From a virus (taxonomy: Duplodnaviria; Caudoviricetes), in IMG/VR virus record IMGVR_UViG_3300037418_002116: a stretch of 64,000 nt of DNA. The stretch is one strand, 5' to 3'. Below, one piece after another: positions 9,146-17,144 of the stretch. Both the position numbers and the translations under genes were made by a program. The notes under the pieces are model-generated. The model did not search any database, was not told where the DNA came from, and saw only the letters and a program-made list of their open reading frames with translations. Within the stretch, counting starts at the first letter, position 1. Each line of letters opens with the position of its first letter.

Positions 9146-9297
9146 TCGATTCGTGGGCCACCATCGGGGAACCGCTCCATTTTTTTATCTGTGTTCCCCG
9201 TCCTTTCCATCCAAGCTTCGCACTCCCATTTGACGGTAAAACATGCTAGGATGGTCGTGCCGTCGAGAACGACATAAATGTATGTGCTTCTAGCCAC
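9115..9297 (-). CDS. hypothetical protein
   Basis: 60 aa MARSTYIYVV. Confidence 0.6.
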   Translation of the reverse strand: MARSTYIYVVLDGTTILACFTVKWECEAWMERTGNTDKKMERFPDGGPRIDYSLGRTVNP

Positions 9298-9475
9298 GTC
9301 GATTCAACAACTTCCATAAACCGTAGGCGACCGCCGCCACGGCAATCCAAAACCAAAACATCTAAGACTCCTTGATTTTGGCGAATATGCCACAAATAAA
9401 GTTTAAAGTCAATTGAAAATGTCATTGACTTCTTATACAGAACGATTATATTAAAAAAGGAAACAGGAGTTCAAC

Positions 9476-9577
9476 ATGCGTTCCTTGAAAGAAATTTTGA
9501 CCGACAAAGGTAATTGGGCGATGTTGATTGCCGGTGCGCTGGTCGGTCTGTTTCTCAAATGGTATTTTGGGATTTGA
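9476..9577 (+). CDS. 33-aa single-TM protein
   Basis: MRSLKEILTDKGNWAMLIAGALVGLFLKWYFGI*, after the early promoter at 9425 and a CAGGAG SD. Confidence 0.6.
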   Translation: MRSLKEILTDKGNWAMLIAGALVGLFLKWYFGI

Positions 9578-9580
9578 TCG

Positions 9581-10096
9581 ATGGAATGGTCCGAAAAACA
9601 GATTATGGCCGCAAGAGCCATTACGTTGATTCGCCGGAAGCTAGAGCCCAAATGTGAGGGTTGTGGTGTTGGTGCAGATCGTCCGAATTGTGCCAACGAT
9701 CTTGGCGGCTACTGTCAGCGCCACGACCAAGCGAATGTGATCGCCTACCGTGAAGTGATCGAGTCCATTTCGCAGGCGGCGGAATTCCCGTTGGAATTCA
9801 ATCGGCGTTGGGATTTGTACATGCCGTTATATCTCTATAACGATTTTTCGGAAACGGAAATTGCGTTGTTGCGAGATTTAGCGGACACTCCCGACCAGAA
9901 ACTTTCGTCTCGCAAGATCGATGAACGCTTTGCCTCATTGCGGGAAAAGCAGGCCGCTTCGTTGTCCTATCAGTATGATATGTGGACAACGAAACTGGAC
10001 AGGCGTGGCCGGGAAGTTCTGGCATGGGCAGACGAGCAAGAGGAAAAAGCTTTGGCGGAAATGTCCGACGAAGCGAAGAAATTAAATTTAGAATGA
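9581..10096 (+). CDS. hypothetical protein with Cys cluster
   Basis: 171 aa; CEGC...NC...YC.RHD. Confidence 0.7.
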   Translation: MEWSEKQIMAARAITLIRRKLEPKCEGCGVGADRPNCANDLGGYCQRHDQANVIAYREVIESISQAAEFPLEFNRRWDLYMPLYLYNDFSETEIALLRDLADTPDQKLSSRKIDERFASLREKQAASLSYQYDMWTTKLDRRGREVLAWADEQEEKALAEMSDEAKKLNLE

Positions 10097-10371
10097 TATT
10101 GAAATCATGTGGAGGCCATGCCACATGATCGGAAGCGAGAGGGAACAGTGAATGATTCCCCTCAAATCAGGCCACACCATCAGTTCAGTCGAATGGCCGA
10201 TGGATTTCCTCTCGCTTCCCTTCTATTCGTCGCCGTAGTCGTCGCCGTCGAATATCAATTCATATGGTTCGCTAGTTGTATATGGGTCTTCTATTTCAAC
10301 CATTCCGTCGAAATAGACTACCTTGTCAACTTTGCCATTCCAGACGTATTTTGTGCCGTCCGATTCCGTGG

Positions 10372-10620
10372 CTATTCCACGTCGGATGAAAGGGATGAAG
10401 ATCGTTGTTCCTCCAAAAGGATAGGCTCTTCGTCAGCCACCTTTTCTGGTATGCTACGTTTCATAAGAACGACTGTGTGTGGCTTGGAAGCCTTTTCACC
10501 ATATTCCATGGTGATGACTTCCCAACCTTCCGAACCAAATTTGTTCAGTGCGTTCTCGAAAGCTGATGGATTGGTTGTAATAGTTTTGTCGATTGTCTCG
10601 ACACGAAATTCCCACTTCAA
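10372..10620 (-). CDS. DUF4177-like small protein
   Basis: MKWEFRVETI...ENALNKFGSEGWEVI...VVLMKRSI pattern. Confidence 0.6.
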   Translation of the reverse strand: MKWEFRVETIDKTITTNPSAFENALNKFGSEGWEVITMEYGEKASKPHTVVLMKRSIPEKVADEEPILLEEQRSSSLSSDVE

Positions 10621-10647
10621 AAAAATTTTTCCTTCTGTTACGTGACT

Positions 10648-10827
10648 CTATGTAGTCATTCCGTAACCGATGGCATAGGAAATCACGATACCCACAATGG
10701 CGAGTATGCCTAGACCAATCATAGGAAACAGGGAAATCATATCCGGCACACTGGCGAAAATGATCAGGATGGCGAAGGTGATAAACATCATCCCGCCACC
10801 AATGAGAATACGTTTCAAATGAACCAT
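10648..10827 (-). CDS. two-TM membrane protein (59 aa)
   Basis: Manual translation MVHLKRILIGGGMMFITFAILIIF...LGILAIVGIVISYAIGYGMTT*. Confidence 0.55.
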   Translation of the reverse strand: MVHLKRILIGGGMMFITFAILIIFASVPDMISLFPMIGLGILAIVGIVISYAIGYGMTT

Positions 10828-11080
10828 GAAAAAACCTTAACGAATGGGGTAGGGAATGCCAGCATGAATATGGTGATCGCAAAAAGGCCGGTAGGGATGG
10901 CTAATTCGTACCATCCTCGTTTAAAAGCAAACCATGTTCGTTCACACCAATATAGGCAGAACAAAACGATACAAACTGTCTGAAACCACATCATATTTTC
11001 GATGTATCACATGTTTCTTTGATTGTCAAGATTGACATTTTCGAATCGTGGTTTATGTTTAGGCCATAACGGAGAGAGAA

Positions 11081-11338
11081 ATGAAACCTGAATATGAAAT
11101 AGAAGATTGGTGCATCGTCAATCGATCCTATCGCTATGTCGATTTTGTGAGCCCTGCAAACGCCTATCTCATGGGGCATATAAAGGATCACCCAAACTGC
11201 ACACCCGGCAAGCTGCACATCACATCACGCATCGTGACGGTGCATTCGGATGACGTGATCGAAACCCGCAATTCGATCTACCGGCTTGGAAAAATTCGGG
11301 AGCATTACAAAAAATTTCGAGGGACGTTGAATGGCTGA
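11081..11338 (+). CDS. hypothetical protein
   Basis: 85 aa, GGAGAG SD; IEDW...GHIKDHP...LHITSRIV...VIETRNSIYRL. Confidence 0.75.
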   Translation: MKPEYEIEDWCIVNRSYRYVDFVSPANAYLMGHIKDHPNCTPGKLHITSRIVTVHSDDVIETRNSIYRLGKIREHYKKFRGTLNG

Positions 11339-11561
11339 AAAGATCACCACCAAGGCGGCATTGCTCCGTCTGCGCATGGCTGGCTATCTGGTGGAGGATA
11401 TGCGTCCAACGCCAAAGAAAGCGCCTGTAATTCGGTTCTATGACGATCTAAGCAGGCCGGACATTCTCATTGTCAACGGCGAAGTCGATTCGGCCATGAT
11501 CGACAATCTTTGCAAAAAAAGCTGGCTGAACACCATGCTTTCATCCATGGGTATGGAATAG
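11331..11561 (+). CDS. hypothetical protein
   Basis: Overlaps the upstream gene and ends at a terminator. Confidence 0.65.
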   Translation: MAEKITTKAALLRLRMAGYLVEDMRPTPKKAPVIRFYDDLSRPDILIVNGEVDSAMIDNLCKKSWLNTMLSSMGME

Positions 11562-11563
11562 AA

Positions 11564-11598
11564 AAAGGAGTCAGCAGGGGGGATTCGCTGACTCCTTT
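11564..11598. terminator. bidirectional intrinsic terminator
   Basis: AAAGGAGTCAGC-N11-GCTGACTCCTTT 12-bp stem between converging genes. Confidence 0.8.
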
Positions 11599-11644
11599 CA
11601 TTCTCAGAAGACGCTTGTTAACGTGGCCCGCAAACAAGCGAACC

Positions 11645-12031
11645 CTATGTAACAAGCCTTGGCGCTTTCGTCAACAGCGTTTCATACGACTGGCGTAGCG
11701 TATCCAGTTCCGTGGCCTTCTTGACAATCTGTTGCAGAATTTTATTTTTCTGTGATTCGAACACGGCAAGGGAAATGAAATTCAAAGCGGGCGTCGGCAC
11801 GAAATCATCCATGTTGCTGACAAAGAGGCTTCCCTGTCCATAACTTTCGACGTTCCCTCTCTTGCCATAGCCATTTGCCTTACAATCAAAGTGTTCGCCG
11901 TTGTATTCGACATCAAATTGAAGGTCTTTGTCCTGTTTCCGGTAAGGCCAGATGATCACAGAAAAATCCATCCAAACCCGAGCGCCCGGCTTAATCTTGG
12001 CTGAAAACTTAATGTTAGGCTCTGCCTTCAT
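11645..12031 (-). CDS. hypothetical protein
   Basis: 128 aa. Confidence 0.65.
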   Translation of the reverse strand: MKAEPNIKFSAKIKPGARVWMDFSVIIWPYRKQDKDLQFDVEYNGEHFDCKANGYGKRGNVESYGQGSLFVSNMDDFVPTPALNFISLAVFESQKNKILQQIVKKATELDTLRQSYETLLTKAPRLVT

Positions 12032-12423
12032 TCCTTTGACCCATTCTTTTTAATCGGTGGATTTTCATAACGAACATCCAATTTAGAGTGACCACCGATA
12101 TGACGTTCCGGCTTAGCGAGAATGTCATAGAAGAGTTGCATGGTCGATTCATAGACCTGTGGACGGAAAGCGCTTATCGAGAATGAAGGCTCAATCATAG
12201 CCCGGCTTCCATCTAGAAAATTACACCAGCGCTGATGATTTACGATTTCTACCAAAAGAATACCCAAGCCACTGCCATCAGAAAATTTGCTCGTTTCGAT
12301 GACATCTCTTACGGTGTAAGTTTGTCTGTATTCTGGAATAACCAAACTAAATGTCTTGGGATCGAAATAGTTTCTGAAATTTTGAATGCAGACGACCTTA
12401 TCGCCTGCTTTAAACTCATGCAT
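12028..12423 (-). CDS. hypothetical protein
   Basis: From MHEFKAGDKVVCI. Confidence 0.65.
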   Translation of the reverse strand: MHEFKAGDKVVCIQNFRNYFDPKTFSLVIPEYRQTYTVRDVIETSKFSDGSGLGILLVEIVNHQRWCNFLDGSRAMIEPSFSISAFRPQVYESTMQLFYDILAKPERHIGGHSKLDVRYENPPIKKNGSKE

Positions 12424-12613
12424 CGTAGTGTTTTTCCCATTGCCTTCTATTAAAGGATTGTGCCCGACGATAGAGAGACATAGCTTCGTCCAAACTCTTC
12501 GAAAGATCGGCATTTGACAGCTTCTCCAAATTTGCCCGTGCCCGGTCCCTCAAATTGTGTGGAATGCATAGGGACAATATAATCTCTCGAATGGCGCTTT
12601 GTCTATCGATCAT
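12416..12613 (-). CDS. hypothetical protein
   Basis: From MIDRQSAI; ATGA coupling. Confidence 0.55.
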   Translation of the reverse strand: MIDRQSAIREIILSLCIPHNLRDRARANLEKLSNADLSKSLDEAMSLYRRAQSFNRRQWEKHYDA

Positions 12614-12849
12614 TGGGCTTTTCTGTGTGCGTCCAGCCATTCCAGCAAGGGAATGCGGGGTGCCCAATAGGCTTGTGTGGCTGGATTGCGAGTGCCGGGA
12701 ACCGTGAAATATTCCCGGCTCTGCCGATTGTAATCTTCTTGCACGTATTTGTCATAGGCAAGGCGCTCACCCGGCGTCATGGAGCGGTAAATGGCTTGCT
12801 GGCCATCCCGGTTGATGTGGACCCAAATCTGTGAATCGGGAATGTTCAT
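12610..12849 (-). CDS. hypothetical protein
   Basis: 79 aa; ATGA coupling. Confidence 0.6.
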   Translation of the reverse strand: MNIPDSQIWVHINRDGQQAIYRSMTPGERLAYDKYVQEDYNRQSREYFTVPGTRNPATQAYWAPRIPLLEWLDAHRKAQ

Positions 12850-13130
12850 GCCAACTTAGTCTCCAAAAAATTTGCAATCTCTTCGAAAGATTGTCCAGTA
12901 TCATTCATGAGCATCATAGCCGACGTTATAGCGAGACTTATGCCATACCATTGCTCACAGTTTTCGTAGGTATGCTTTTCCTTAAGCTTTAACGCCAGCC
13001 CAAGGGCGCAATAGGACTCTGTCTTGGTTTGTGGAATGAATTCGGCCATCTTGCCGACACATTGACTATAGGCACCAGAACGAAGAGCGCCAATGAGCTT
13101 TTCTGTTCTTTGTCTCTGTATTGGAGTCAT
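12846..13130 (-). CDS. CxxG...ND paralog, subfamily C (1)
   Basis: LIGALRSGAYSQ..G...YCALGLA...MNDTGQSFEEIANFLE; clearly homologous to 27042..27356. Confidence 0.8.
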   Translation of the reverse strand: MTPIQRQRTEKLIGALRSGAYSQCVGKMAEFIPQTKTESYCALGLALKLKEKHTYENCEQWYGISLAITSAMMLMNDTGQSFEEIANFLETKLA

Positions 13131-13261
13131 AGATTAATCCATCTGACAAATACAATTATGATGTTCAAAGGAACATACGATAGAATCGACAGAAAAGTCA
13201 AGAGGAAAAAGGCTTGACGCCTTAAAGGATTATGTTATATTAATGCAACGGGAGGGATGAA

Positions 13262-13480
13262 ATGCCATATCACCTGACATCCGGAATGCTTCTGTCCATC
13301 GATGACATGGCAGATATCAATGAATGCATAGAGCTTCTGACCAAGGTGGAAGCGAGATTGCACAGCATTGGGGACCGGAAGCAACATCCTCGCATCATGG
13401 CTTTTGCCACCAACTTGACGGCGCTCAAAAGAGATATCGAGGATTTTCACGATAAAAATACCCCGGTTGATCAAGCGTGA
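13262..13480 (+). CDS. hypothetical early protein
   Basis: Promoter TTGACG..GTTATATT at 13214-13241 and GGAGGGA SD. Confidence 0.7.
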   Translation: MPYHLTSGMLLSIDDMADINECIELLTKVEARLHSIGDRKQHPRIMAFATNLTALKRDIEDFHDKNTPVDQA

Positions 13481-13539
13481 ATCAATCGGCGTTAGAAACC
13501 GTTTGATCAACCGGGGAGAGTGGCCTTTCAGCCGAAACT

Positions 13540-13632
13540 AAAAAAGACCGGTGGTTGGAGGGCGCTAACCGTCTTTCCCACCGGTCTTTATCTTAGCGCT
13601 CGGGGAGGGGGACCAATCCGAGTATCGCTAGG
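13540..13632 (-). ncRNA. candidate small RNA with anti-SD loops
   Basis: TTGACG-N17-TAAACC promoter; hairpin CTCGG-(ATTGGTCCCCCTCC)-CCGAG; 12-bp terminator stem AAAGACCGGTGG/CCACCGGTCTTT with CCCTCC in its loop and a U-tail. Confidence 0.55.
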
Positions 13633-13848
13633 ACAATGCGGTTTACGACGAATCGCTGCAACCGTCAAGTCATAGATGCAGCGCCAATGAAATTTGCAGG
13701 ATCATCAGAATGACCAGAAATGGCATCGTAACAAAGTAGCCGAGCTTCGAACCAAAGGCGAAGGAACCGATCATGAAAACGCACAGAACAAGCTCACAAA
13801 AGGCTATAAGCACCAAGCCCGGCCCGAAAAGATTGATGGAAATGTCGC

Positions 13849-14067
13849 TCACTCTTCCACTTCTTTCTTGAACCAACCGATTCGGTTCATCATCTTCTCT
13901 AGGTCTTCCGGGGAAGATGGTGGACCATCAAAATTTTCTTCGCCCAACAAGAGCGCCAGAAAAATTTTTTTCTTGTCATAGTGTTTGAATTCAACCCACG
14001 ATCTTCCTTCGCCATAGTGGCGCAGATTGCGAAGGCGAACCACGTCACCGGGACCGATAGAAATCAT
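13849..14067 (-). CDS. hypothetical protein
   Basis: 72 aa. Confidence 0.6.
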   Translation of the reverse strand: MISIGPGDVVRLRNLRHYGEGRSWVEFKHYDKKKIFLALLLGEENFDGPPSSPEDLEKMMNRIGWFKKEVEE

Positions 14068-14131
14068 GCTTCAAGTGCCTCCACCAGTTCAGCAAAGGTT
14101 TTTACGCCTTTCTGAAACACAGGTTCAGTCA

Positions 14132-14353
14132 TCAGAAACTCCAATAATGAGTCGGGTTGCCGTTGTCGGGGAAACCAAACCAATTGACGGGCTCACCTTT
14201 CTTTGGGTCTGGAATGACTGCCTTCCTTGGAAAGTCGCTCTTATCAGACTTCATGATCAATGTAAAGCCATGGAGTGAAAAGTTTTCATCAATGGCAATC
14301 CAATGTGGACCACTGGCCCGAAAAGTTTTTGATCCTACTTTCCATTCAGACAT
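14132..14353 (-). CDS. hypothetical protein
   Basis: 73 aa ending PTHYW. Confidence 0.6.
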   Translation of the reverse strand: MSEWKVGSKTFRASGPHWIAIDENFSLHGFTLIMKSDKSDFPRKAVIPDPKKGEPVNWFGFPDNGNPTHYWSF

Positions 14354-14356
14354 GGG

Positions 14357-14713
14357 TCAAAGTTTCCCCAAATCGGCAGACGCCTTTTCGATAAAGGAAT
14401 CGAGAAATTTCAGCACATCGTCATGGCTTCGGTAGGACCAGTCATTGAAACCGGCAAGGCTGGAATAGCCATAATTGGTCGCAAGATGTTGTTTAAGCGC
14501 ATCCCAAATTTCACAATCAAAAGTTCGATGTTCGATGGCTTTGTGGATTGCCCCTTCAAGACACCAGCACACGGCAGTCTTGTCATAGGCAGAGACTTTC
14601 TCGCCCTTGGAATCACGGGCGAACGTACCGATTGTCCAATTCTTTTCATCGGTCAAAATCTTGCGAGCCTGAATAGCGGTTTGGAGTGTTTCAGGATGCA
14701 TCGTTCTCTCCAA
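14357..14713 (-). CDS. array paralog A6 (DUF6197-like)
   Basis: NWTIG..A.DSKG...AVCWCLEGAI...FNDWSYRSHDDVL. Confidence 0.85.
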   Translation of the reverse strand: MERTMHPETLQTAIQARKILTDEKNWTIGTFARDSKGEKVSAYDKTAVCWCLEGAIHKAIEHRTFDCEIWDALKQHLATNYGYSSLAGFNDWSYRSHDDVLKFLDSFIEKASADLGKL

Positions 14714-15026
14714 TCAATTCGTCCAGCTTGGCCAGTACGGCGGCATGTGTGGTTTTCTTGTCATCATTGAAACCCATCATGTAGCCGCCCGGAAACAACG
14801 GATCGATTTCGTCATAGAGCGCAACGAATTCGGATGAATGATGCGGGATCACCGCCTTGTTGAAGGCACCTTCAAGGCACCAGCACACGGCTTTGGGCGA
14901 AAGGGAACGAACGTCCCTTCCCTTGTCGTCAACCGCATAATGTCCCTGAACCCAAGCCTCTTTTTCGGCAAGCAGAGCCCGCATGTCTTTGAGTATGGCC
15001 TTGGCCTTGTCGGACAGTTTTTTCAC
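14691..15026 (-). CDS. array paralog A5
   Basis: AWVQG..A.DDKG...AVCWCLEGAF...FNDDKKTTHAAVL. Confidence 0.85.
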   Translation of the reverse strand: MKKLSDKAKAILKDMRALLAEKEAWVQGHYAVDDKGRDVRSLSPKAVCWCLEGAFNKAVIPHHSSEFVALYDEIDPLFPGGYMMGFNDDKKTTHAAVLAKLDELIGENDAS

Positions 15027-15394
15027 GTCTCGATTTCCCTTGAATGATTTTCGATAGCCCGGTCGATCACGGCAATGACATCTTCATATTTCGTGGTGTA
15101 TGCATCATTCCATGAAGGAATAGAGACATAGCGTGTCAACGTCGGATCGATGGCTATTGCAAGAACCGCCATGGTTCTGGAAAATTCCGACTCTCCCGTC
15201 TCACAAAGAGGCATTTTTCGAGCTACCAAGGCCACGGCACCAGTCAGACACCAGCAAACCGCTTCGCCCGATTCATAGGAGACAACCCCACCATCGTCCT
15301 GTCGGGCCGATGCCCCTTGAGTCCAGCGTTCGGGAGAATTCAAAACTTCTTCCTTCACACTTTTCAGAATTTCGAGTGTCTTCGTGTCTTTCAT
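15023..15394 (-). CDS. array paralog A4
   Basis: From MKDTKTLE: RWTQG..A..DDG...AVCWCLTGAV...WNDAYTTKYEDVI. Confidence 0.85.
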   Translation of the reverse strand: MKDTKTLEILKSVKEEVLNSPERWTQGASARQDDGGVVSYESGEAVCWCLTGAVALVARKMPLCETGESEFSRTMAVLAIAIDPTLTRYVSIPSWNDAYTTKYEDVIAVIDRAIENHSREIET

Positions 15395-15609
15395 CCGATT
15401 TCTTCCATCAAATACTTTGCCGCCACATAGGGACAATCATCGGAATGTTCCACGGTATGTGAAGAATTGATTGAATATTCGTTACAATATTCGCACCGAT
15501 AATGAATATTCCGGCCCCGGTCATCTTCCTGAACGGCCCGTTCGATGATCGTCTCACAGACCAGTTTCAGCTTGGCCGTTTCAATCTTGTTCAACAAAAG
15601 ACTTGCCAT
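15391..15609 (-). CDS. unrelated Zn-finger-like protein interrupting the array
   Basis: YRCEYC...VEHSDDCPY. Confidence 0.7.
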   Translation of the reverse strand: MASLLLNKIETAKLKLVCETIIERAVQEDDRGRNIHYRCEYCNEYSINSSHTVEHSDDCPYVAAKYLMEEIG

Positions 15610-15611
15610 GA

Positions 15612-15962
15612 TCACACCCTTTCAGATTCCTTTGCCCGCTCAATCGCTTGGTCGAGCATGGCTATGACTTCGGAATGTTCCCGGTCGATTTGATCATTCC
15701 AGAGGGTCAGGGGATAGTCGATAATTCTCCGGATCACCGCCCGAGCCGACTCATAGGTATCATCCCACACAGGCATCGAAAGGTTGTGATCGCTCAAAAT
15801 CTTTTGGACACCGCCAGCCAAGCACCAGCGACACGCTGCCGGATCATTGACGCCAACCCCTTCACCATCGATGGTGATGGCCATATTGTACTGTGTCCAA
15901 CGGCTTGGGTCGGACAGAAGCTCACGGGTTTCCGTGAGAATTTGTGATGTTGGAATGGTCAT
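15612..15962 (-). CDS. array paralog A3
   Basis: RWTQY..A...DG...ACRWCLAGGV...WNDQIDREHSEVI. Confidence 0.85.
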   Translation of the reverse strand: MTIPTSQILTETRELLSDPSRWTQYNMAITIDGEGVGVNDPAACRWCLAGGVQKILSDHNLSMPVWDDTYESARAVIRRIIDYPLTLWNDQIDREHSEVIAMLDQAIERAKESERV

Positions 15963-16318
15963 TTTATTTTGTTCGCCTTTGCTTTTTCGGAAAGCTTTTC
16001 TTTCGCTATGGCCTTGTCGAGAATATTGATCACATCGTCATAGGTGCGACCGATATTGTCGTTCCAAATGGCGATGGAAACGCCAGCGGCATCAGCGGGC
16101 CGAATGGCATTGGACAGAGCCCATAGGCCCTTGGACCAGCGCTCATTGATGCCACCACAAACATGAGCCAAGGCCCCGGAAAGACACCAGCACACGGCGT
16201 CGGGATGACCCCAACCAACCGAATTGCGATTGGCATCATGCGCCATTGCACCCTTGGTCCACTTGTCCGGCGAGGAAAGCAGCGCCTTGGTCTTTTCCAG
16301 ACTTTCCAACTTGTTCAT
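15959..16318 (-). CDS. array paralog A2
   Basis: KWTKG..A.DAN...AVCWCLSGAL...WNDNIGRTYDDVI. Confidence 0.85.
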   Translation of the reverse strand: MNKLESLEKTKALLSSPDKWTKGAMAHDANRNSVGWGHPDAVCWCLSGALAHVCGGINERWSKGLWALSNAIRPADAAGVSIAIWNDNIGRTYDDVINILDKAIAKEKLSEKAKANKIK

Positions 16319-16674
16319 CAGTTTGCCGCCCGATTGTCCATCATCGTTTGTGCCGTTCGTGCCAGCGCAATTGCCTTGTCGAAGATTTCCATGACATCGG
16401 CGTGAGTCGTTTCCGGCTTGTCGTTGAAGCGATGCATTTGGTCATTGCCCGGAATGACTTCATAGAGAGTCCGGCGAGCATCGTCATAATCTTTTGTGGG
16501 AGAGGCAAAGCCGGTGACTCGAAGCAGCGCCCCATTCATGCAGAAGCGGCAGGCATAAGGGTCTAGGATGGCCGTTGAGACACCATCGGAATCGGTTGCA
16601 TTCGAGCCCTTGACCCAGAATTCAGGCTTGGAAATCAGTTCCTTGGCCTTTTCGAGAACCGTAACAGTTTGCAC
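16318..16674 (-). CDS. array paralog A1 (GTG start)
   Basis: GAAAGGGGA SD before GTG at 16674; FWVKG..A.DSDG...ACRFCMNGAL...FNDKPETTHADVM. Confidence 0.85.
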   Translation of the reverse strand: MQTVTVLEKAKELISKPEFWVKGSNATDSDGVSTAILDPYACRFCMNGALLRVTGFASPTKDYDDARRTLYEVIPGNDQMHRFNDKPETTHADVMEIFDKAIALARTAQTMMDNRAAN

Positions 16675-16700
16675 GTCTAATCCCCTTTCGAAAAATTTCA

Positions 16701-16865
16701 TGGTGTGGGGAGGAGTCGAACCTTGCCACTAATGACGTATTCGGTCCACGGGTTCTAAGTCCGCAACTAAACGTCACTGCACAGACCTCTTGGCTACTAA
16801 CTGATTTCCAGACAGGTAATGCGCACTTCCTGCTTTCTATCGAGCTTTGACCTCACTGTCACACC
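16701..16865 (-). ncRNA. 165-nt tRNA-like RNA heading the paralog array
   Basis: GGTGTG/CACACC-A acceptor-like stem; AGG-TTCGACT-CCT T-loop; internal TGACGT/ACGTCA helix with a CT-TAG-AA loop; TTGACA-N17-TAAATG promoter at 16873-16901. Confidence 0.6.
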
Positions 16866-17144
16866 TGATGCTCATTTAAGGATTATATGAGGGAATGTCA
16901 ATAAAGAAAAAAGCAATAGAATCATTCAGACGAAGGGGGAAACGTGATAGATCGTTTAATGTTGTTTTCGCCAACGAAGACTCATGAGTTTTCATCCTTT
17001 TCCGTCCAGATGCATTCCGGATCATGTAGGATCGAACCATCACGATTGCGAGGTGCACCACAACAGTTGCAATAGCTTTCTGGCAAGCCAAGCTTTTCCC
17101 GGTGTTCCCGGTCACGCTTTGCCGATAGTTGGGCCAAGATTTCG

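Noticed and set aside
16675-16701. ATG start at 16701 for paralog A1
   Set aside because: No SD (anti-SD-like CCTCC instead) and it overlaps the RNA 3' end; GTG at 16674 has an SD and gives family-typical length.
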